Of a stretch of 64,000 nucleotides of DNA, positions 48,997-59,209 are shown one piece after another. How positions within the stretch are numbered: the stretch's first letter is position 1; every line of letters starts with the position of its first letter. Where the stretch lies: the NCBI GenBank assembly GCA_016214345.1, contig JACROR010000009.1:66447-130446 (forward strand), written 5' to 3'. Origin of the DNA: Candidatus Niyogibacteria bacterium. Lineage in GTDB: Bacteria > Patescibacteriota > Minisyncoccia > JACROR01. The translations under genes and the position numbers were made by a program. Under the pieces are notes generated by a model, which was not told the DNA's origin, searched no databases, and saw nothing but the letters and a program-made list of their open reading frames with translations.

Positions 48997-50190
48997 ATGG
49001 CAGAAAAATTTGAACGCACTAAGCCGCATGTCAACGTAGGAACTATCGGTCACGTTGATCACGGCAAAACCACTCTTACGGCGGCTATTTTGCACGTCCT
49101 TAATTTGGCGGGCAATAAAGTTAAGTTGGAAAAAATTGAGGATATTGATAAAGCTCCGGAAGAAAGACAGCGCGGCATTACCATTTCTTTGCATCATTCC
49201 GAATATGAAACCGCCAAGAGGCATTACGCGCACATTGATGCCCCGGGGCACGCCGATTATATAAAGAACATGATCACCGGAGCCGCTCAGATGGACGGCG
49301 CCGTTCTCGTGGTTTCCGCCGCTGACGGTCCCATGCCTCAAACCAGAGAGCACATTTTGCTCGCTCGTCAGGTTGGCGTTCCTTCCATTGTCGTATTTTT
49401 GAATAAAGTTGACATGGTGGACGATCCGGAATTGATCGATCTGGTTGAGTCCGAAGTGAGAGAGTTGTTGAACAAATATAAATTCCCCGGAGACAAAACT
49501 CCTATTATCAGAGGATCCGCTTTGAAGGCGTTGGAATCCAAGTCGGTTGACGACGAATACGCCAAGGGCATTTTGGAATTGGTAAAACAGTTGGACGAAT
49601 ATATACCCGAACCGGTCAGAGATATTGATAAGCCGTTTTTGATGCCCATTGAAGACATTTTCTCCATTGAAGGACGCGGCACTGTGGTTACGGGCAGGAT
49701 TGAGCGAGGTAAAGTTAAAGTTAATGAAGAGGTGGAGATCGTGGGATTGAAAGATACCGCGAAGACCGTGGTTACCGGAATTGAAATGTTCAATAAATCT
49801 TTGGATGAAGGATTGGCCGGAGATAACGCGGGCATTTTGTTGCGAGGTTTGAAGAAAGAAGACGTGGAAAGAGGCCAGGTTGTGGCGCACGTCGGTTCCA
49901 TTACTCCTCATACGGAATTTGATACCGAGGTTTATATTTTGACCAAAGAAGAGGGAGGCCGACACACCCCGTTTTTCAGCGGTTACAAGCCGCAATTCTA
50001 TATACGAACCACGGATGTAACGGGAGACGCGGCTTTGCCTGAAGGCATGGAGATGGTTATGCCCGGAGATACGGTTAATTTGCGCGTGAAATTGATCGCG
50101 CCGGTCGCGTTGGAGGAAAAACAGAGGTTTGCCATCCGCGAAGGAGGTAGGACGGTGGGTGCCGGAGTGGTAACGAAGATACTGAAATAA
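48997..50190 (+). CDS. tuf: elongation factor Tu
   Basis: [17 protein letters not shown] and NKVD. Confidence 0.98.
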   Translation: MAEKFERTKPHVNVGTIGHVDHGKTTLTAAILHVLNLAGNKVKLEKIEDIDKAPEERQRGITISLHHSEYETAKRHYAHIDAPGHADYIKNMITGAAQMDGAVLVVSAADGPMPQTREHILLARQVGVPSIVVFLNKVDMVDDPELIDLVESEVRELLNKYKFPGDKTPIIRGSALKALESKSVDDEYAKGILELVKQLDEYIPEPVRDIDKPFLMPIEDIFSIEGRGTVVTGRIERGKVKVNEEVEIVGLKDTAKTVVTGIEMFNKSLDEGLAGDNAGILLRGLKKEDVERGQVVAHVGSITPHTEFDTEVYILTKEEGGRHTPFFSGYKPQFYIRTTDVTGDAALPEGMEMVMPGDTVNLRVKLIAPVALEEKQRFAIREGGRTVGAGVVTKILK

Positions 50191-50263
50191 TTTTGCGAAT
50201 AAAGGCCGCCAGTCTCGCTTCGGATCGGCGGCTTAGTTCTTAGAAAAAGAAGCAATTAAAAAA

Positions 50264-50605
50264 ATGAGCAAGGTTGCATCTAAAAAGAATGAAGTCGCGA
50301 ATCAGAAGCTTCGCATAAGAGTGCGGGCTTATGATCACAAGATTTTGGACAAAGGGGTGAAACAGATCGTTGACGCCGCGCTTCGTTACGGAGCGGAGAT
50401 CACCGGTCCTGTCCCGTTGCCGACCGAGATCAGAAAATACACGGTCAACCGTTCTACTTTCGTGCACAAGAATGCGAGGGAACAGTTTGAAATGCGCGTG
50501 TACAAGCGGTTGGTGGATATTTTGAGTCCGTCTTCCAAGATCATTGACGCGCTAACGGACTTGAGTCTGCCGGCGGGAGTGGATATAGATGTAAAGATGA
50601 TGTAG
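50264..50605 (+). CDS. rpsJ: 30S ribosomal protein S10
   Basis: LRIRVRAYDH, GPVPLPT and REQFE. Confidence 0.97.
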   Translation: MSKVASKKNEVANQKLRIRVRAYDHKILDKGVKQIVDAALRYGAEITGPVPLPTEIRKYTVNRSTFVHKNAREQFEMRVYKRLVDILSPSSKIIDALTDLSLPAGVDIDVKMM

Positions 50606-50626
50606 AAGTTGGAAGAGGATACTTTA

Positions 50627-50655
50627 AAAGCCCCGGGTATCCCCGGGGCTTTTTT
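50627..50655 (+). terminator. terminator-like hairpin after rpsJ
   Basis: AAAGCCCCGGG-TATC-CCCGGGGCTTTTTT. Confidence 0.65.
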
Positions 50656-50670
50656 AAATAAATTAAGCAT

Positions 50671-51291
50671 ATGGCGTTCATTTTAGGATTAAAGAAAGAT
50701 ACATTGCAGATATTTGATGAAGAAGGCATGGCTATGCCGGCTACTTTGGTTGAAGCGGGACCCGTGGTAGTGAGCCAGTTGCGCACTAAAGAGCGGGATG
50801 GCTATAAGGCCGTGCAGGTAGGTTTTGGCACTAAAAAACATTTAAACAAGCCCCAACGCTCGCAGTATAAAGATCTGGGAAGTTTTCGGTATGTTAAGGA
50901 GTTCAGGACGGGCGATACGGACAAAGCTGATTTTAATTTGGGCGATAAGATAACGGTGGAAGCGTTTAAGGAGGGCGACAAGGTAAATGTTGCCGGAACG
51001 GTCAAAGGCAGGGGGTTCCAAGGCGTGGTCAAAAGGCATGGTTTTCACGGAGGCCCGCGAACTCACGGTCAGAAACATTCGGAGCGCGAACCGGGTTCCA
51101 TCAGCGGAGGCGGAGGAAGGCCGGGAGGAAGAGTGGCCAAAGGCATGCGCATGGCTGGACGCATGGGCGGGAACCGCATTACCGTTAAAAATTTAAAAAT
51201 ATTGCAGATCGATACGAAAAATAATTTCTTCGTGATTTCCGGCGCGGTGCCGGGCGCGCGAGGTTCATTGTTAGAGATACGGACTAAATAA
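50671..51291 (+). CDS. rplC: 50S ribosomal protein L3
   Basis: DGYKAVQVG and KGRGFQGVVKRH. Confidence 0.97.
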   Translation: MAFILGLKKDTLQIFDEEGMAMPATLVEAGPVVVSQLRTKERDGYKAVQVGFGTKKHLNKPQRSQYKDLGSFRYVKEFRTGDTDKADFNLGDKITVEAFKEGDKVNVAGTVKGRGFQGVVKRHGFHGGPRTHGQKHSEREPGSISGGGGRPGGRVAKGMRMAGRMGGNRITVKNLKILQIDTKNNFFVISGAVPGARGSLLEIRTK

Positions 51292-51303
51292 TAATAGAAC
51301 ATC

Positions 51304-51954
51304 ATGAAAGCCACTGTTTACAGCCAAAAAGGAGAAAAAACCGGAAGCCTGGAATTGCCGAAAGAAGTTTTCGGTTTGAATTGGAACGCGAATTTGATCC
51401 ATCAAGTGGTTTTGGCTCTTCAGGCAAACCAGAGAGTGGTTATCGCGCATGCCAAGGGGAGAGGCGAGGTGAGAGGCGGAGGCAGAAAACCATGGAAGCA
51501 GAAAGGCACTGGCCGCGCTCGCCATGGTTCCACGCGTTCGCCCATTTGGGTGGGAGGAGGCGTTACGCACGGTCCGGTAAAAGAAAAGATCTACGCGCAG
51601 AAGCTGAACAAGAAAATGAAAGCCAAAGCTTTTTTGGTATCACTTTCTCGAAAATTCAAAGACAATGAGATTGTTTTTTTGGATTCTTTTAAAACCGGCC
51701 CCAAAACCAAAGAAGCCGTCGCGGTTTTTAAGGATTTGAGAAAAATAGAGGGTTTGAATAAACTGGGCAAGCAAGGCGGAAGAGCGCTGGTTTTATTGCC
51801 GCAACGCGAATCGGATACGGTCATGGCCATGCATAACTTGCCCTTTGCGGATGTGGCCGCGGCGCGTAATTTAAGTATTCTGGACATATTGACTTATAAA
51901 TATTTAATTTTGTCCGCGGAGGCCGTAACGGCTTTGCCAACGGGAAAAAAATAA
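51304..51954 (+). CDS. rplD: 50S ribosomal protein L4
   Basis: KPWKQKGTGRARHG. Confidence 0.97.
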   Translation: MKATVYSQKGEKTGSLELPKEVFGLNWNANLIHQVVLALQANQRVVIAHAKGRGEVRGGGRKPWKQKGTGRARHGSTRSPIWVGGGVTHGPVKEKIYAQKLNKKMKAKAFLVSLSRKFKDNEIVFLDSFKTGPKTKEAVAVFKDLRKIEGLNKLGKQGGRALVLLPQRESDTVMAMHNLPFADVAAARNLSILDILTYKYLILSAEAVTALPTGKK

Positions 51955-51963
51955 ATTATTACC

Positions 51964-52416
51964 ATGAGCTTGTTAAATTTATTCAAAGACAAAGAAAAAA
52001 AAGAGAAGAAGCGGTATACCGAACGAGCCAAGGGTAAGACTATTGCCGCGGAAAAAACAGCCACTTCAGAAAAGAAAGAAGGAGCGGATTCAGGCAGGCC
52101 GCTTATTAAAGAAGGGCGGCAGGCCGTGGGCGTAATTTATGCTCCGCATATCACGGAAAAGGCCACTTATTTGAGCGAGTCCTTGCCTCGCGGAGAAAAT
52201 GCCGGAGGACATTATGTTTTTACGGTAAATAATGACGCTAATAAGCAAATGGTGAAACAGGCGGTGGAAGGAATGTACGGAGTTTCCGTGGAGAAAGTAA
52301 GAATTTTGGCTAAGCGGTCAAAGTTAAGATTAAAGCGGGGAACCTATGGTTATAAATCAGGCAGTAAAAAGGCCATAAAAAAAAAAAAAAAAGGTGATAA
52401 AATTGAATTCGTATAA
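51964..52416 (+). CDS. rplW: 50S ribosomal protein L23 with N-terminal extension
   Basis: PHITEKA..YVFTV..ANK; A16 run at 52377-92 replaces the usual V-x-L residues. Confidence 0.9.
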   Translation: MSLLNLFKDKEKKEKKRYTERAKGKTIAAEKTATSEKKEGADSGRPLIKEGRQAVGVIYAPHITEKATYLSESLPRGENAGGHYVFTVNNDANKQMVKQAVEGMYGVSVEKVRILAKRSKLRLKRGTYGYKSGSKKAIKKKKKGDKIEFV

Positions 52417-52419
52417 ATT

Positions 52420-53262
52420 ATGGCAATAAAGACTTACAAACCAACCACGCCGTCACGCAGGCAAATGAGCGGAATTTTATACCGCGGCGTTTTAAGCAAG
52501 AACGGGCCGGAAAAAAGCCTGGTTTCGGGGTTTAAGCGCCACGTGGGAAGAAATGCCGACGGGCGCATAACCGTCCGCCATAAAGGCGGAGGGCATAAAC
52601 GGCTTTGGAGAATGGTGGATTTCAAGTTGGACAAAAAAGACATGCCGGCCCGGATAAAAAGTCTGGAATACGATCCTAACCGTACCGCGTTCATCGCTTT
52701 GGTGGTTTATCAGGATGGCGAGAAGCGATACATGGTTGTGCCCGAAGGAGTGAAGGAAGGAGATAAGCTGACGGCGTCTTCCAAAGCCGAGGTTGTTCCG
52801 GGCAATCGTATGCCGTTGGGCAACATTCCGGTAGGCACGCAGGTTTATAATATAGAATTGAAACCGAATACCGGCGCGCGCATGGTGAGATCCGCCGGCA
52901 GCGCGGCTATTATTTTGGCGCACGATGAAGGACTCACGCAGATCAAATTGCCTTCGCGGGAAGTGCGAAAGATCAATTCGCTCTCTTGGGCGAGCATAGG
53001 CCAAGTTTCCAATTTCGGACATAACTTGGTGGTATTGGGCAAAGCGGGAAGATCGCGCTGGAAAGGCGTCCGTCCCACGGTGCGAGGCTCGGCCATGAAT
53101 CCGGTTGATCATCCCTATGGAGGTGGAGAAGGCCGCCAAGGAGCGGGAATGGCGAGAACCAGGAATCTTTGGGGCAAGGGCACCCGAGGAGTCAAAACCA
53201 GGCATCCGAAAAAATATTCCAATTTATTCATAATCAGCCGCAGGCAATCAAAATCTAAATAA
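52420..53262 (+). CDS. rplB: 50S ribosomal protein L2
   Basis: EYDPNR and VRGSAMNPVDHPYGGGEG. Confidence 0.98.
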   Translation: MAIKTYKPTTPSRRQMSGILYRGVLSKNGPEKSLVSGFKRHVGRNADGRITVRHKGGGHKRLWRMVDFKLDKKDMPARIKSLEYDPNRTAFIALVVYQDGEKRYMVVPEGVKEGDKLTASSKAEVVPGNRMPLGNIPVGTQVYNIELKPNTGARMVRSAGSAAIILAHDEGLTQIKLPSREVRKINSLSWASIGQVSNFGHNLVVLGKAGRSRWKGVRPTVRGSAMNPVDHPYGGGEGRQGAGMARTRNLWGKGTRGVKTRHPKKYSNLFIISRRQSKSK

Positions 53263-53265
53263 AAC

Positions 53266-53586
53266 ATGACCAGATCATCCAAAAAAGGTCCTTATATGGA
53301 CGCTAAATTGATGAAGAAAGTAAGCAAGGCGGTACGCGGCAAGCCTATTAAGACTTGGGCGAGAAATTCCACGATCTCTCCGGAGATGGTGGGGTATGCT
53401 TTCGCGGTGCATAATGGAAAAGATTTTATTGAAGTGCAGATCGCCGAAGAAATGGTCGGACATGTATTGGGTGAATTCAGTCCCACCAAGAAATTTACGC
53501 GGCACGGAGGAAAGATGCAGAAAGAGATAGAGGCAAAAGCCAAAGTTGCCGAAATGGAAAAGGCCAAGGCGGCTAAAGCCGCGTAA
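53266..53586 (+). CDS. rpsS: 30S ribosomal protein S19
   Basis: RSSKKGP, HNGK and LGEFSPT. Confidence 0.97.
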   Translation: MTRSSKKGPYMDAKLMKKVSKAVRGKPIKTWARNSTISPEMVGYAFAVHNGKDFIEVQIAEEMVGHVLGEFSPTKKFTRHGGKMQKEIEAKAKVAEMEKAKAAKAA

Positions 53587-53597
53587 TTATTGCAAAT

Positions 53598-53948
53598 ATG
53601 ACGGAAATAACCGCAAAATTAAAACATTTGCGCATAGCACCGAGAAAGGCGCGCAAAATAGCGGACATTATTCGCGGAAAGAACGCGAAGGCTTCTTTGA
53701 GGCAATTGGGGTTCGTAACCCAGCGTTCCGCGGCGCCTTTGAAAAAGTTGTTGTCTTCCGCCATGGCCAACGCCAAAAATAATTTCAGTATTAAGGACGA
53801 CGCGGGGCTTTATGTGAAAGAAATCAGAGTAGATGAAGGTCCGGTTTTGAAAAGGTCTATGCCGCGCGCTTTCGGACGCGCCACGGTCTTGAGAAAAAGA
53901 ACTTCCCATATTTCGCTTGTTTTGGCGGATAAGCCGGATAAAAAATAA
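53598..53948 (+). CDS. rplV: 50S ribosomal protein L22
   Basis: APRKAR..IRG and RKRTSHI. Confidence 0.97.
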   Translation: MTEITAKLKHLRIAPRKARKIADIIRGKNAKASLRQLGFVTQRSAAPLKKLLSSAMANAKNNFSIKDDAGLYVKEIRVDEGPVLKRSMPRAFGRATVLRKRTSHISLVLADKPDKK

Positions 53949-53956
53949 ATATTTAT

Positions 53957-54631
53957 ATGACACATACAGTTCATCCATATGCATACCGGCTTCAAACCAT
54001 ACGCGACTGGAAATCGCGCTGGGGCCGCACCAAGCAATACAAGCAATTCTTAAAAGCGAGCGTGGTTGTCCGGGAGTGGCTGGAAACGAGATTGCGCGGA
54101 ATGTTCGTAGACGAAATAGACATAGAATGCTCGCCCAACCTTTTCAGTCTGGCCATAAGGACTTCCCGTCCGGGAGTTATTATCGGCAAGGGCGGAGAGG
54201 GTATTGAGAAATTGAAAAAAGAGCTCGCCAAGAAGCTGGCACGTTTGAAATTGGGAGAGTTTAAAGAGATAAGGGTGGCGGTGGAAGAAGCAAAATTCCC
54301 GGAATCCCGATCCAGGATTATAGCGCAGATGGTGGCGGAGAGCCTGGAAAAACGTCTGCCTTTCCGGCGCGTTATGAAGCAGGTAATTGAAAGAAGTATG
54401 GCGTCCCGGGAGGTGAAGGGCATCAAAGTCGCGTTAAATGGCCGGTTAGGAGGAGCGGATATGAGCCGATCGGAGTGGTTGCGCGAAGGACAGATCCCTT
54501 TGCAGACTTTGCGCGCGGATATTGATTTTGCCAAAGAGAAAGCGCACATGCCATACGGCGATATCGGCATAAAGGTTTGGATATACCGAGGCGAGGTGTT
54601 TTCCGATAATCAAGGAGCGCAGCGACTATAA
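53957..54631 (+). CDS. rpsC: 30S ribosomal protein S3
   Basis: RPGVIIGKGG and PLQTLRADID. Confidence 0.97.
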   Translation: MTHTVHPYAYRLQTIRDWKSRWGRTKQYKQFLKASVVVREWLETRLRGMFVDEIDIECSPNLFSLAIRTSRPGVIIGKGGEGIEKLKKELAKKLARLKLGEFKEIRVAVEEAKFPESRSRIIAQMVAESLEKRLPFRRVMKQVIERSMASREVKGIKVALNGRLGGADMSRSEWLREGQIPLQTLRADIDFAKEKAHMPYGDIGIKVWIYRGEVFSDNQGAQRL

Positions 54632-54640
54632 TTATCGAGA

Positions 54641-54775
54641 ACCCCGCCCTCTATGGGCGGTCGGTGGATGGCAAATAAAAACAGATCAGTTTTCAAATTA
54701 AGATTAGTTTATAAATAGCAATTTTGAGGGCGGGGTGATGATTTTCCAAATCTCGCCTTGCTCGATAAGAAAATC
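54641..54775. mobile_element. MITE-like element plus 36-nt hairpin upstream of rplP
   Basis: 11-bp TIRs ACCCCGCCCTC (54641-51/54726-36), then GATTTTC..GAAAATC (54740-75). Confidence 0.6.
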
Positions 54776-54781
54776 AAGCAT

Positions 54782-55192
54782 ATGTTGTTACCCAAAAAAG
54801 TTAAACATCGCAAATGGCAGAGAATGAGAAATTTTTCCCGCAAAATAGCCAGCCGGGGAACGACTGTTGCTTTTGGAAGTTTCGGTCTTAAAACCGATGA
54901 CGCGTACGAAATTTCTTCCCGGCAGATAGAGGCGGCCCGTAAAACCATCACCCGTTATGTGCAGAAAACCGGCAGAATGTGGATCCGCATTTTTCCCGAT
55001 AAGCCTTTAACCAGCAAACCGAATGTGCGCATGGGCAAGGGCAAGGGGGATCCGGTAGGATATGTCGCCGTGGTTCAGCCCGGGCAAGTTTTGTTTGAAA
55101 TAGATGGAATTTCAATAGAGCTGGCCAAAGAAGCGCTTCGTAAGGCGGGAAGCAAGCTTCCGGTAAAAACTAAGTTCGTGGTACGAGTATGA
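54782..55192 (+). CDS. rplP: 50S ribosomal protein L16
   Basis: [18 protein letters not shown] and RMGKGKG. Confidence 0.97.
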   Translation: MLLPKKVKHRKWQRMRNFSRKIASRGTTVAFGSFGLKTDDAYEISSRQIEAARKTITRYVQKTGRMWIRIFPDKPLTSKPNVRMGKGKGDPVGYVAVVQPGQVLFEIDGISIELAKEALRKAGSKLPVKTKFVVRV

Positions 55193-55425
55193 AAATAAAA
55201 GAATTACGGCAAAAATCCGAAGCGGAGCTTCAAAATCTGCTGGACAAATCAAGGGATCGGCTGATACAATTCAAATTTAACGTTTCTTTGGGCAAAGAAA
55301 AGAATGTTAAAGAAGCCAGGACGCTGCGAAGAGATATCGCGCGTATTTTTACCCTGTTAAATCCGCCAAAGGCGGTGCGGAGCAATTTAACAGGGTTAAC
55401 CATTATTAATCAATCCGAAAAATAA
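55189..55425 (+). CDS. rpmC: 50S ribosomal protein L29 with 48-nt in-frame palindromic insertion
   Basis: [15 protein letters not shown][[16 protein letters not shown]]IINQ. Confidence 0.9.
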   Translation: MKIKELRQKSEAELQNLLDKSRDRLIQFKFNVSLGKEKNVKEARTLRRDIARIFTLLNPPKAVRSNLTGLTIINQSEK

Positions 55426-55427
55426 CC

Positions 55428-55670
55428 ATGTTGCATTTGGGAGCAAAAACTTTAAAAGGCGAAGTAGTGTCCGCGTCTATGAAAAAAACGGTAGTGGTTT
55501 CTGTGGGAAGATACGTGCAGCATCCGAAATACAAGAAGTACATGAGGACAACCAAGCGTTACAAGGCGCATGACGAAAAAGGCGAGTATAAAGTTGGCGA
55601 TAAAGTTTTGATCCGAGAATGCAGACCGCTTTCCAAGGAAAAACGTTTTGTAGTTATCGGTAAATATTAA
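55428..55670 (+). CDS. rpsQ: 30S ribosomal protein S17
   Basis: HPKYKK..AHDE..ECRPLSK. Confidence 0.97.
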   Translation: MLHLGAKTLKGEVVSASMKKTVVVSVGRYVQHPKYKKYMRTTKRYKAHDEKGEYKVGDKVLIRECRPLSKEKRFVVIGKY

Positions 55671-55672
55671 TT

Positions 55673-56041
55673 ATGATACAGCCGAGATCAATGTTAAACG
55701 TAGCTGATAATACCGGCGCCAAGCTGGTGGCGTGTATTAAGGTATTGGGAGGAACGCGCAGACGTTACGCTCGCTTGGGCGATATAGTGGTGGTTTCCGT
55801 AAAAAGCGCCGAGCCGCGTAAGATCGCCAAGAAAAAGGAAGTTTTGAAAGCGGTGGTGGTGCGCCAACGCAGCCCGTACCGAAGAAAAGACGGTTCAGTC
55901 ATTCGTTTTGACGATAACGCGGTGGTTATCATTGATAACAACAAAGAACCGAAAGGCGGGCGTATTTTCGGCCCGGTGCCAAGAGAACTCCGCGAAAGAG
56001 GTTTTGCCAAAATTATATCCTTAGCCTCCGAAGTAATATGA
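55673..56041 (+). CDS. rplN: 50S ribosomal protein L14
   Basis: VADNTGA, FDDNA and RIFGPV. Confidence 0.98.
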   Translation: MIQPRSMLNVADNTGAKLVACIKVLGGTRRRYARLGDIVVVSVKSAEPRKIAKKKEVLKAVVVRQRSPYRRKDGSVIRFDDNAVVIIDNNKEPKGGRIFGPVPRELRERGFAKIISLASEVI

Positions 56042-56352
56042 TCAAAGGATTGAAAAAAAATGATACCGTATTTGTGTTGGCCGGCAAAGACAGGGGAAAG
56101 TCCGGAAAAATCACACACGTGTTTCCTAAATTGGAGAAAATAATCGTGGATGGTGTAAACACGGTGCGCAAGCATAGGCGCCCCAAACGTTCCGGAGAGA
56201 AAGGAAGCGTAGTGCAAGTAGCCATGCCGTTGCGGGCGTCCAACGTGATGTTGAAATGCGCGAAATGCGGAGCGGCAACGCGCATCGCTTGGAAAGTCGT
56301 GGAAGGATCCGCCAAAGCCAGAATTTGTAAAAAATGCGACCATGAATTTTAA
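56038..56352 (+). CDS. rplX: 50S ribosomal protein L24
   Basis: KOW motif AGKDRGKSG; two CxxC motifs. Confidence 0.95.
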   Translation: MIKGLKKNDTVFVLAGKDRGKSGKITHVFPKLEKIIVDGVNTVRKHRRPKRSGEKGSVVQVAMPLRASNVMLKCAKCGAATRIAWKVVEGSAKARICKKCDHEF

Positions 56353-56878
56353 AGAAAATTTCCAAAAAGAAATAGTTCCCGCCATGATGAAAAAGTTTAG
56401 TTATAAAAACAAACTGGCAGTTCCGCGTTTGATGAAGATTACGGTTAATACGGGCATCGGCCGTTTTAGCGACAATGCCCAGCGGCTGGATATCAAGAAG
56501 ATGTTGGAAAAGATAGTCGGTCAGAAGATTGTGGAAAGAGGAGCCAAGCAAGCCATAGCGTCTTTTAAGACGAGACAGGGGAGCATAGTCGGATATTCCG
56601 CCACTTTGCGCGGCAAGCGGATGCAGGATTTCTTTGAGCGTACTGTCGGATACGCCATACCCAGAATAAGAGACTTTCGCGGCATTAATACAAAATCCGT
56701 GGATCAGGGGGGCAATTTGAGTTTGGGATTCAAGGAGAGTCTTGTTTTTCCGGAGATTATCGGCGAAGATGTAAAGACTATATTCGGTTTGGAGGTCACT
56801 TTCGTGACCAATGCCAAAAGTCGGGAAGAGGCGTTGGAATTGTTCAGGCTCATGGGCGTTCCGCTTATTAAGGGTTAA
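56342..56878 (+). CDS. rplE: 50S ribosomal protein L5
   Basis: PRLMKITVN and PRIRDFRG. Confidence 0.97.
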   Translation: MNFKENFQKEIVPAMMKKFSYKNKLAVPRLMKITVNTGIGRFSDNAQRLDIKKMLEKIVGQKIVERGAKQAIASFKTRQGSIVGYSATLRGKRMQDFFERTVGYAIPRIRDFRGINTKSVDQGGNLSLGFKESLVFPEIIGEDVKTIFGLEVTFVTNAKSREEALELFRLMGVPLIKG

Positions 56879-56933
56879 TCCCGTTAAATTGTCCGGCAAG
56901 GACAGACACCGGCTTCGCCGGATTTAACAGGGT
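56878..56933. repeat. CCGTTAAAT..ATTTAACAGGGT palindromic element
   Basis: Termini match those of the insert in rpmC (55351-55396), with a slightly degenerate left end. Confidence 0.7.
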
Positions 56934-56955
56934 GAAAATATTTTAATAAATTAGC

Positions 56956-57141
56956 ATGGCTAAAACATCAGTCGTAGAAAGAGCAAAAAAGAAACCGAAA
57001 TATTCCACGCGCATAGTGCGTCGTTGTTTTCGTTGCGGACGCAAACACGGATTTTTGCGCGATTTTGATTTGTGCAGGATTTGTTTTCGGGAGTTGGCCA
57101 ATGAAGGATTATTGCCGGGGATCAAGAAATCCAGCTGGTAA
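56956..57141 (+). CDS. rpsN: 30S ribosomal protein S14 (Zn-binding type)
   Basis: 61 aa; [15 protein letters not shown]. Confidence 0.97.
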   Translation: MAKTSVVERAKKKPKYSTRIVRRCFRCGRKHGFLRDFDLCRICFRELANEGLLPGIKKSSW

Positions 57142-57150
57142 TTAAAATTT

Positions 57151-57540
57151 ATGGATACCATATCTGACATGTTAATAAGGATCAAGAACGCGCAAGCCGT
57201 CAAAAAAGACAGCGTGGAAGTTCCGCATTCCAAATTAAGAATGGAAATAGCCAAAATTTTGCAAACCCGCGGCTTCATAGGAGAAATAGCCAAACGCGGC
57301 AAAAAATTGCGCAAAAGCATCAGCATTAATTTGGCGTACGGCGAGGATGGAGCGGGTAAAATAAACGGATTACGCCGTTTATCCAAATTGTCAAAGCGAG
57401 TTTATAAATCAGCGCGTGAATTGCGTCCCGTGCGTAATGGTACCGGCATGGCTATAATTTCCACTTCTAAGGGTTTGGTGACCGATGACGAGGCGCGTAA
57501 GAAGCACTTGGGAGGCGAGGTATTTTTTGAAATTTGGTAA
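57151..57540 (+). CDS. rpsH: 30S ribosomal protein S8
   Basis: DTISDMLIRIKNA, STSKG and GGEV. Confidence 0.97.
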   Translation: MDTISDMLIRIKNAQAVKKDSVEVPHSKLRMEIAKILQTRGFIGEIAKRGKKLRKSISINLAYGEDGAGKINGLRRLSKLSKRVYKSARELRPVRNGTGMAIISTSKGLVTDDEARKKHLGGEVFFEIW

Positions 57541-57603
57541 TGGCTTGGCTCATCATTTTTGTTCCGCTTTTGAGCGAGGCAAAAATGACGATTGCCAAAC
57601 ATT

Positions 57604-57749
57604 ATCCAGCACCACTTTTGTATAGTGGCGCGAAGTAGTAAAATATTGATTTAAAGTCAGAATTAAAGTAAATTTAAGTAATTATTATTTAACAAAAGTG
57701 GTGCTGGATGCGCGATTTTCAAAGTCTCGCTCCGCTCGCTAAGAAAATC
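57604..57749. mobile_element. MITE-like element plus 36-nt hairpin upstream of rplF
   Basis: Perfect 18-bp TIRs ATCCAGCACCACTTTTGT (57604-21/57692-709), then GATTTTC..GAAAATC (57714-49). Confidence 0.7.
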
Positions 57750-57752
57750 GGC

Positions 57753-58295
57753 ATGAGCAGAATAGGCAAAAAACCAATAACCATTCCAAGCGGCGTCACG
57801 GTTGCCGTAGAGGACGGCATGGTGCGAGTGAAGGGTCCGAAAGGAAATCTGTCCCGGCAATTTAAAGATGACATAAATATCGCGGTTGCGGACAAGGAAG
57901 TTGTTTGCAGCGTGCGAAAAGATTCCAAGTTGTCTTTTATTTTGTGGGGCACCTACGCTTCGCATATTAAAAATATGATAGAAGGCGTTGCCAACGGTTT
58001 TGAAAAAAAATTGGAAATAGAGGGCATCGGATACAAGGCAAAAGAGGAGAACGGTAAATTAATTTTGAATCTTGGATTTTCGCATCCCGTGGAAGTGGCA
58101 GCTCCGGCGGGAATAAAATTTACGGTGGTAAAAAATCTTATTACGGTTTCCGGAATTGACAAAGAGCTGGTGGGAGAAATGGCTGCGAAAATTCGCGCCC
58201 ACAAAAAGCCCGACCCGTATAAAGGCAAAGGAATCCATTATTTAGGCGAAGTTATCAGAAGGAAGGCCGGCAAGAAAGCCGCGGCATCCGCGTAA
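57753..58295 (+). CDS. rplF: 50S ribosomal protein L6
   Basis: MSRIGKKPI and PDPYKGKGI. Confidence 0.97.
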   Translation: MSRIGKKPITIPSGVTVAVEDGMVRVKGPKGNLSRQFKDDINIAVADKEVVCSVRKDSKLSFILWGTYASHIKNMIEGVANGFEKKLEIEGIGYKAKEENGKLILNLGFSHPVEVAAPAGIKFTVVKNLITVSGIDKELVGEMAAKIRAHKKPDPYKGKGIHYLGEVIRRKAGKKAAASA

Positions 58296-58299
58296 ATTT

Positions 58300-58674
58300 A
58301 TGAAAGCGACCAAACAAGCCATGAGAATAAGGCGCCATAGGCGCGTGCGAGGCAAAGTAAGGGGATCAAAAGGCTGTCTGCGTTTTTCGGTTTTTCGGTC
58401 AAATAAGCACATTTTTTTGCAGTTGATTGACGACGATGCTAAAAAAACCGTTTTAGGTGTTGGCGATTTTGAAAAGGCAGGAAAAAAGAAAGAAGAAAAA
58501 TCCGCTAAAAAAATGACTAAAACGGATGCGGCGCGTGTGTTGGGCAAGACTTTTGCCGAAATGGCGATCCAAAAAGGCGTTAAAAAAGTGGTATTTGACC
58601 GTGGCGGTTTTGCTTATCATGGTAGAATTAAGGCTGTGGCCGAGGGAGCTCGTGAAGGAGGATTAGCGTTTTAA
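58300..58674 (+). CDS. rplR: 50S ribosomal protein L18
   Basis: FRSNKHI and VFDRGGFAYHGRI. Confidence 0.97.
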   Translation: MKATKQAMRIRRHRRVRGKVRGSKGCLRFSVFRSNKHIFLQLIDDDAKKTVLGVGDFEKAGKKKEEKSAKKMTKTDAARVLGKTFAEMAIQKGVKKVVFDRGGFAYHGRIKAVAEGAREGGLAF

Positions 58675-58684
58675 TTCATTATAT

Positions 58685-59209
58685 ATGGCGTTTGAGGGAA
58701 AAAAATCAAAAAATCGTTTTGCGGCGAAAGATGGCGCGAAATTCACGGAGTTTGACCAAAAGATGATAGATCTGCGGAGAGTGGCGAGAGTCGTGTCCGG
58801 AGGAAGGCGTTTTAATTTCCGAGCCACGCTGATAATCGGAGACCGTCACGGCCGTGTCGGTTTAGGCATGGGCAAGGGCGCGGATACGGCAATATCCATA
58901 GACAAGGCCTTTCGAGACGCCAAAAAACATTTAATTTCCATTCCGATCACGAAAGACGGCTCCATCCCTCATGAGGTGTCTGCCAAATTCGGGCCGGGAC
59001 ATATTTTGATGCGTCCGGCGGTGGAGGGAAGAGGTATCGTGGCGGGAAGCGCGGTACGCGTGATATGCGACTTGGGAGGGATAAGGAACATAACCGCCAA
59101 AGTTTTATCCCATACCAAAAATAAGATCAATAATGCAAAGGCCACGATAGAAGCGTTAAAAAAATTTAAATATGCAACTGCACGAACTGCGTCCAACAAC
59201 AAAAAATAA
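58685..59209 (+). CDS. rpsE: 30S ribosomal protein S5
   Basis: RVARVVSGGRRFNF. Confidence 0.97.
   Translation: MAFEGKKSKNRFAAKDGAKFTEFDQKMIDLRRVARVVSGGRRFNFRATLIIGDRHGRVGLGMGKGADTAISIDKAFRDAKKHLISIPITKDGSIPHEVSAKFGPGHILMRPAVEGRGIVAGSAVRVICDLGGIRNITAKVLSHTKNKINNAKATIEALKKFKYATARTASNNKK

Noticed and set aside
46649-49995. Long antisense ORFs over fusA and tuf (and similar shadows elsewhere)
   Set aside because: Typical antisense shadows of highly biased genes; no recognisable motifs.
52377-52392. A16 run in rplW as a phase-variation or slippage site
   Set aside because: It stays in frame and replaces the conserved KKAIVxL residues; a consensus/assembly error is more likely in an essential gene.
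59172-59209. Missing rpmD (uL30)
   Set aside because: Established CPR-wide loss; used only as a taxonomic clue.
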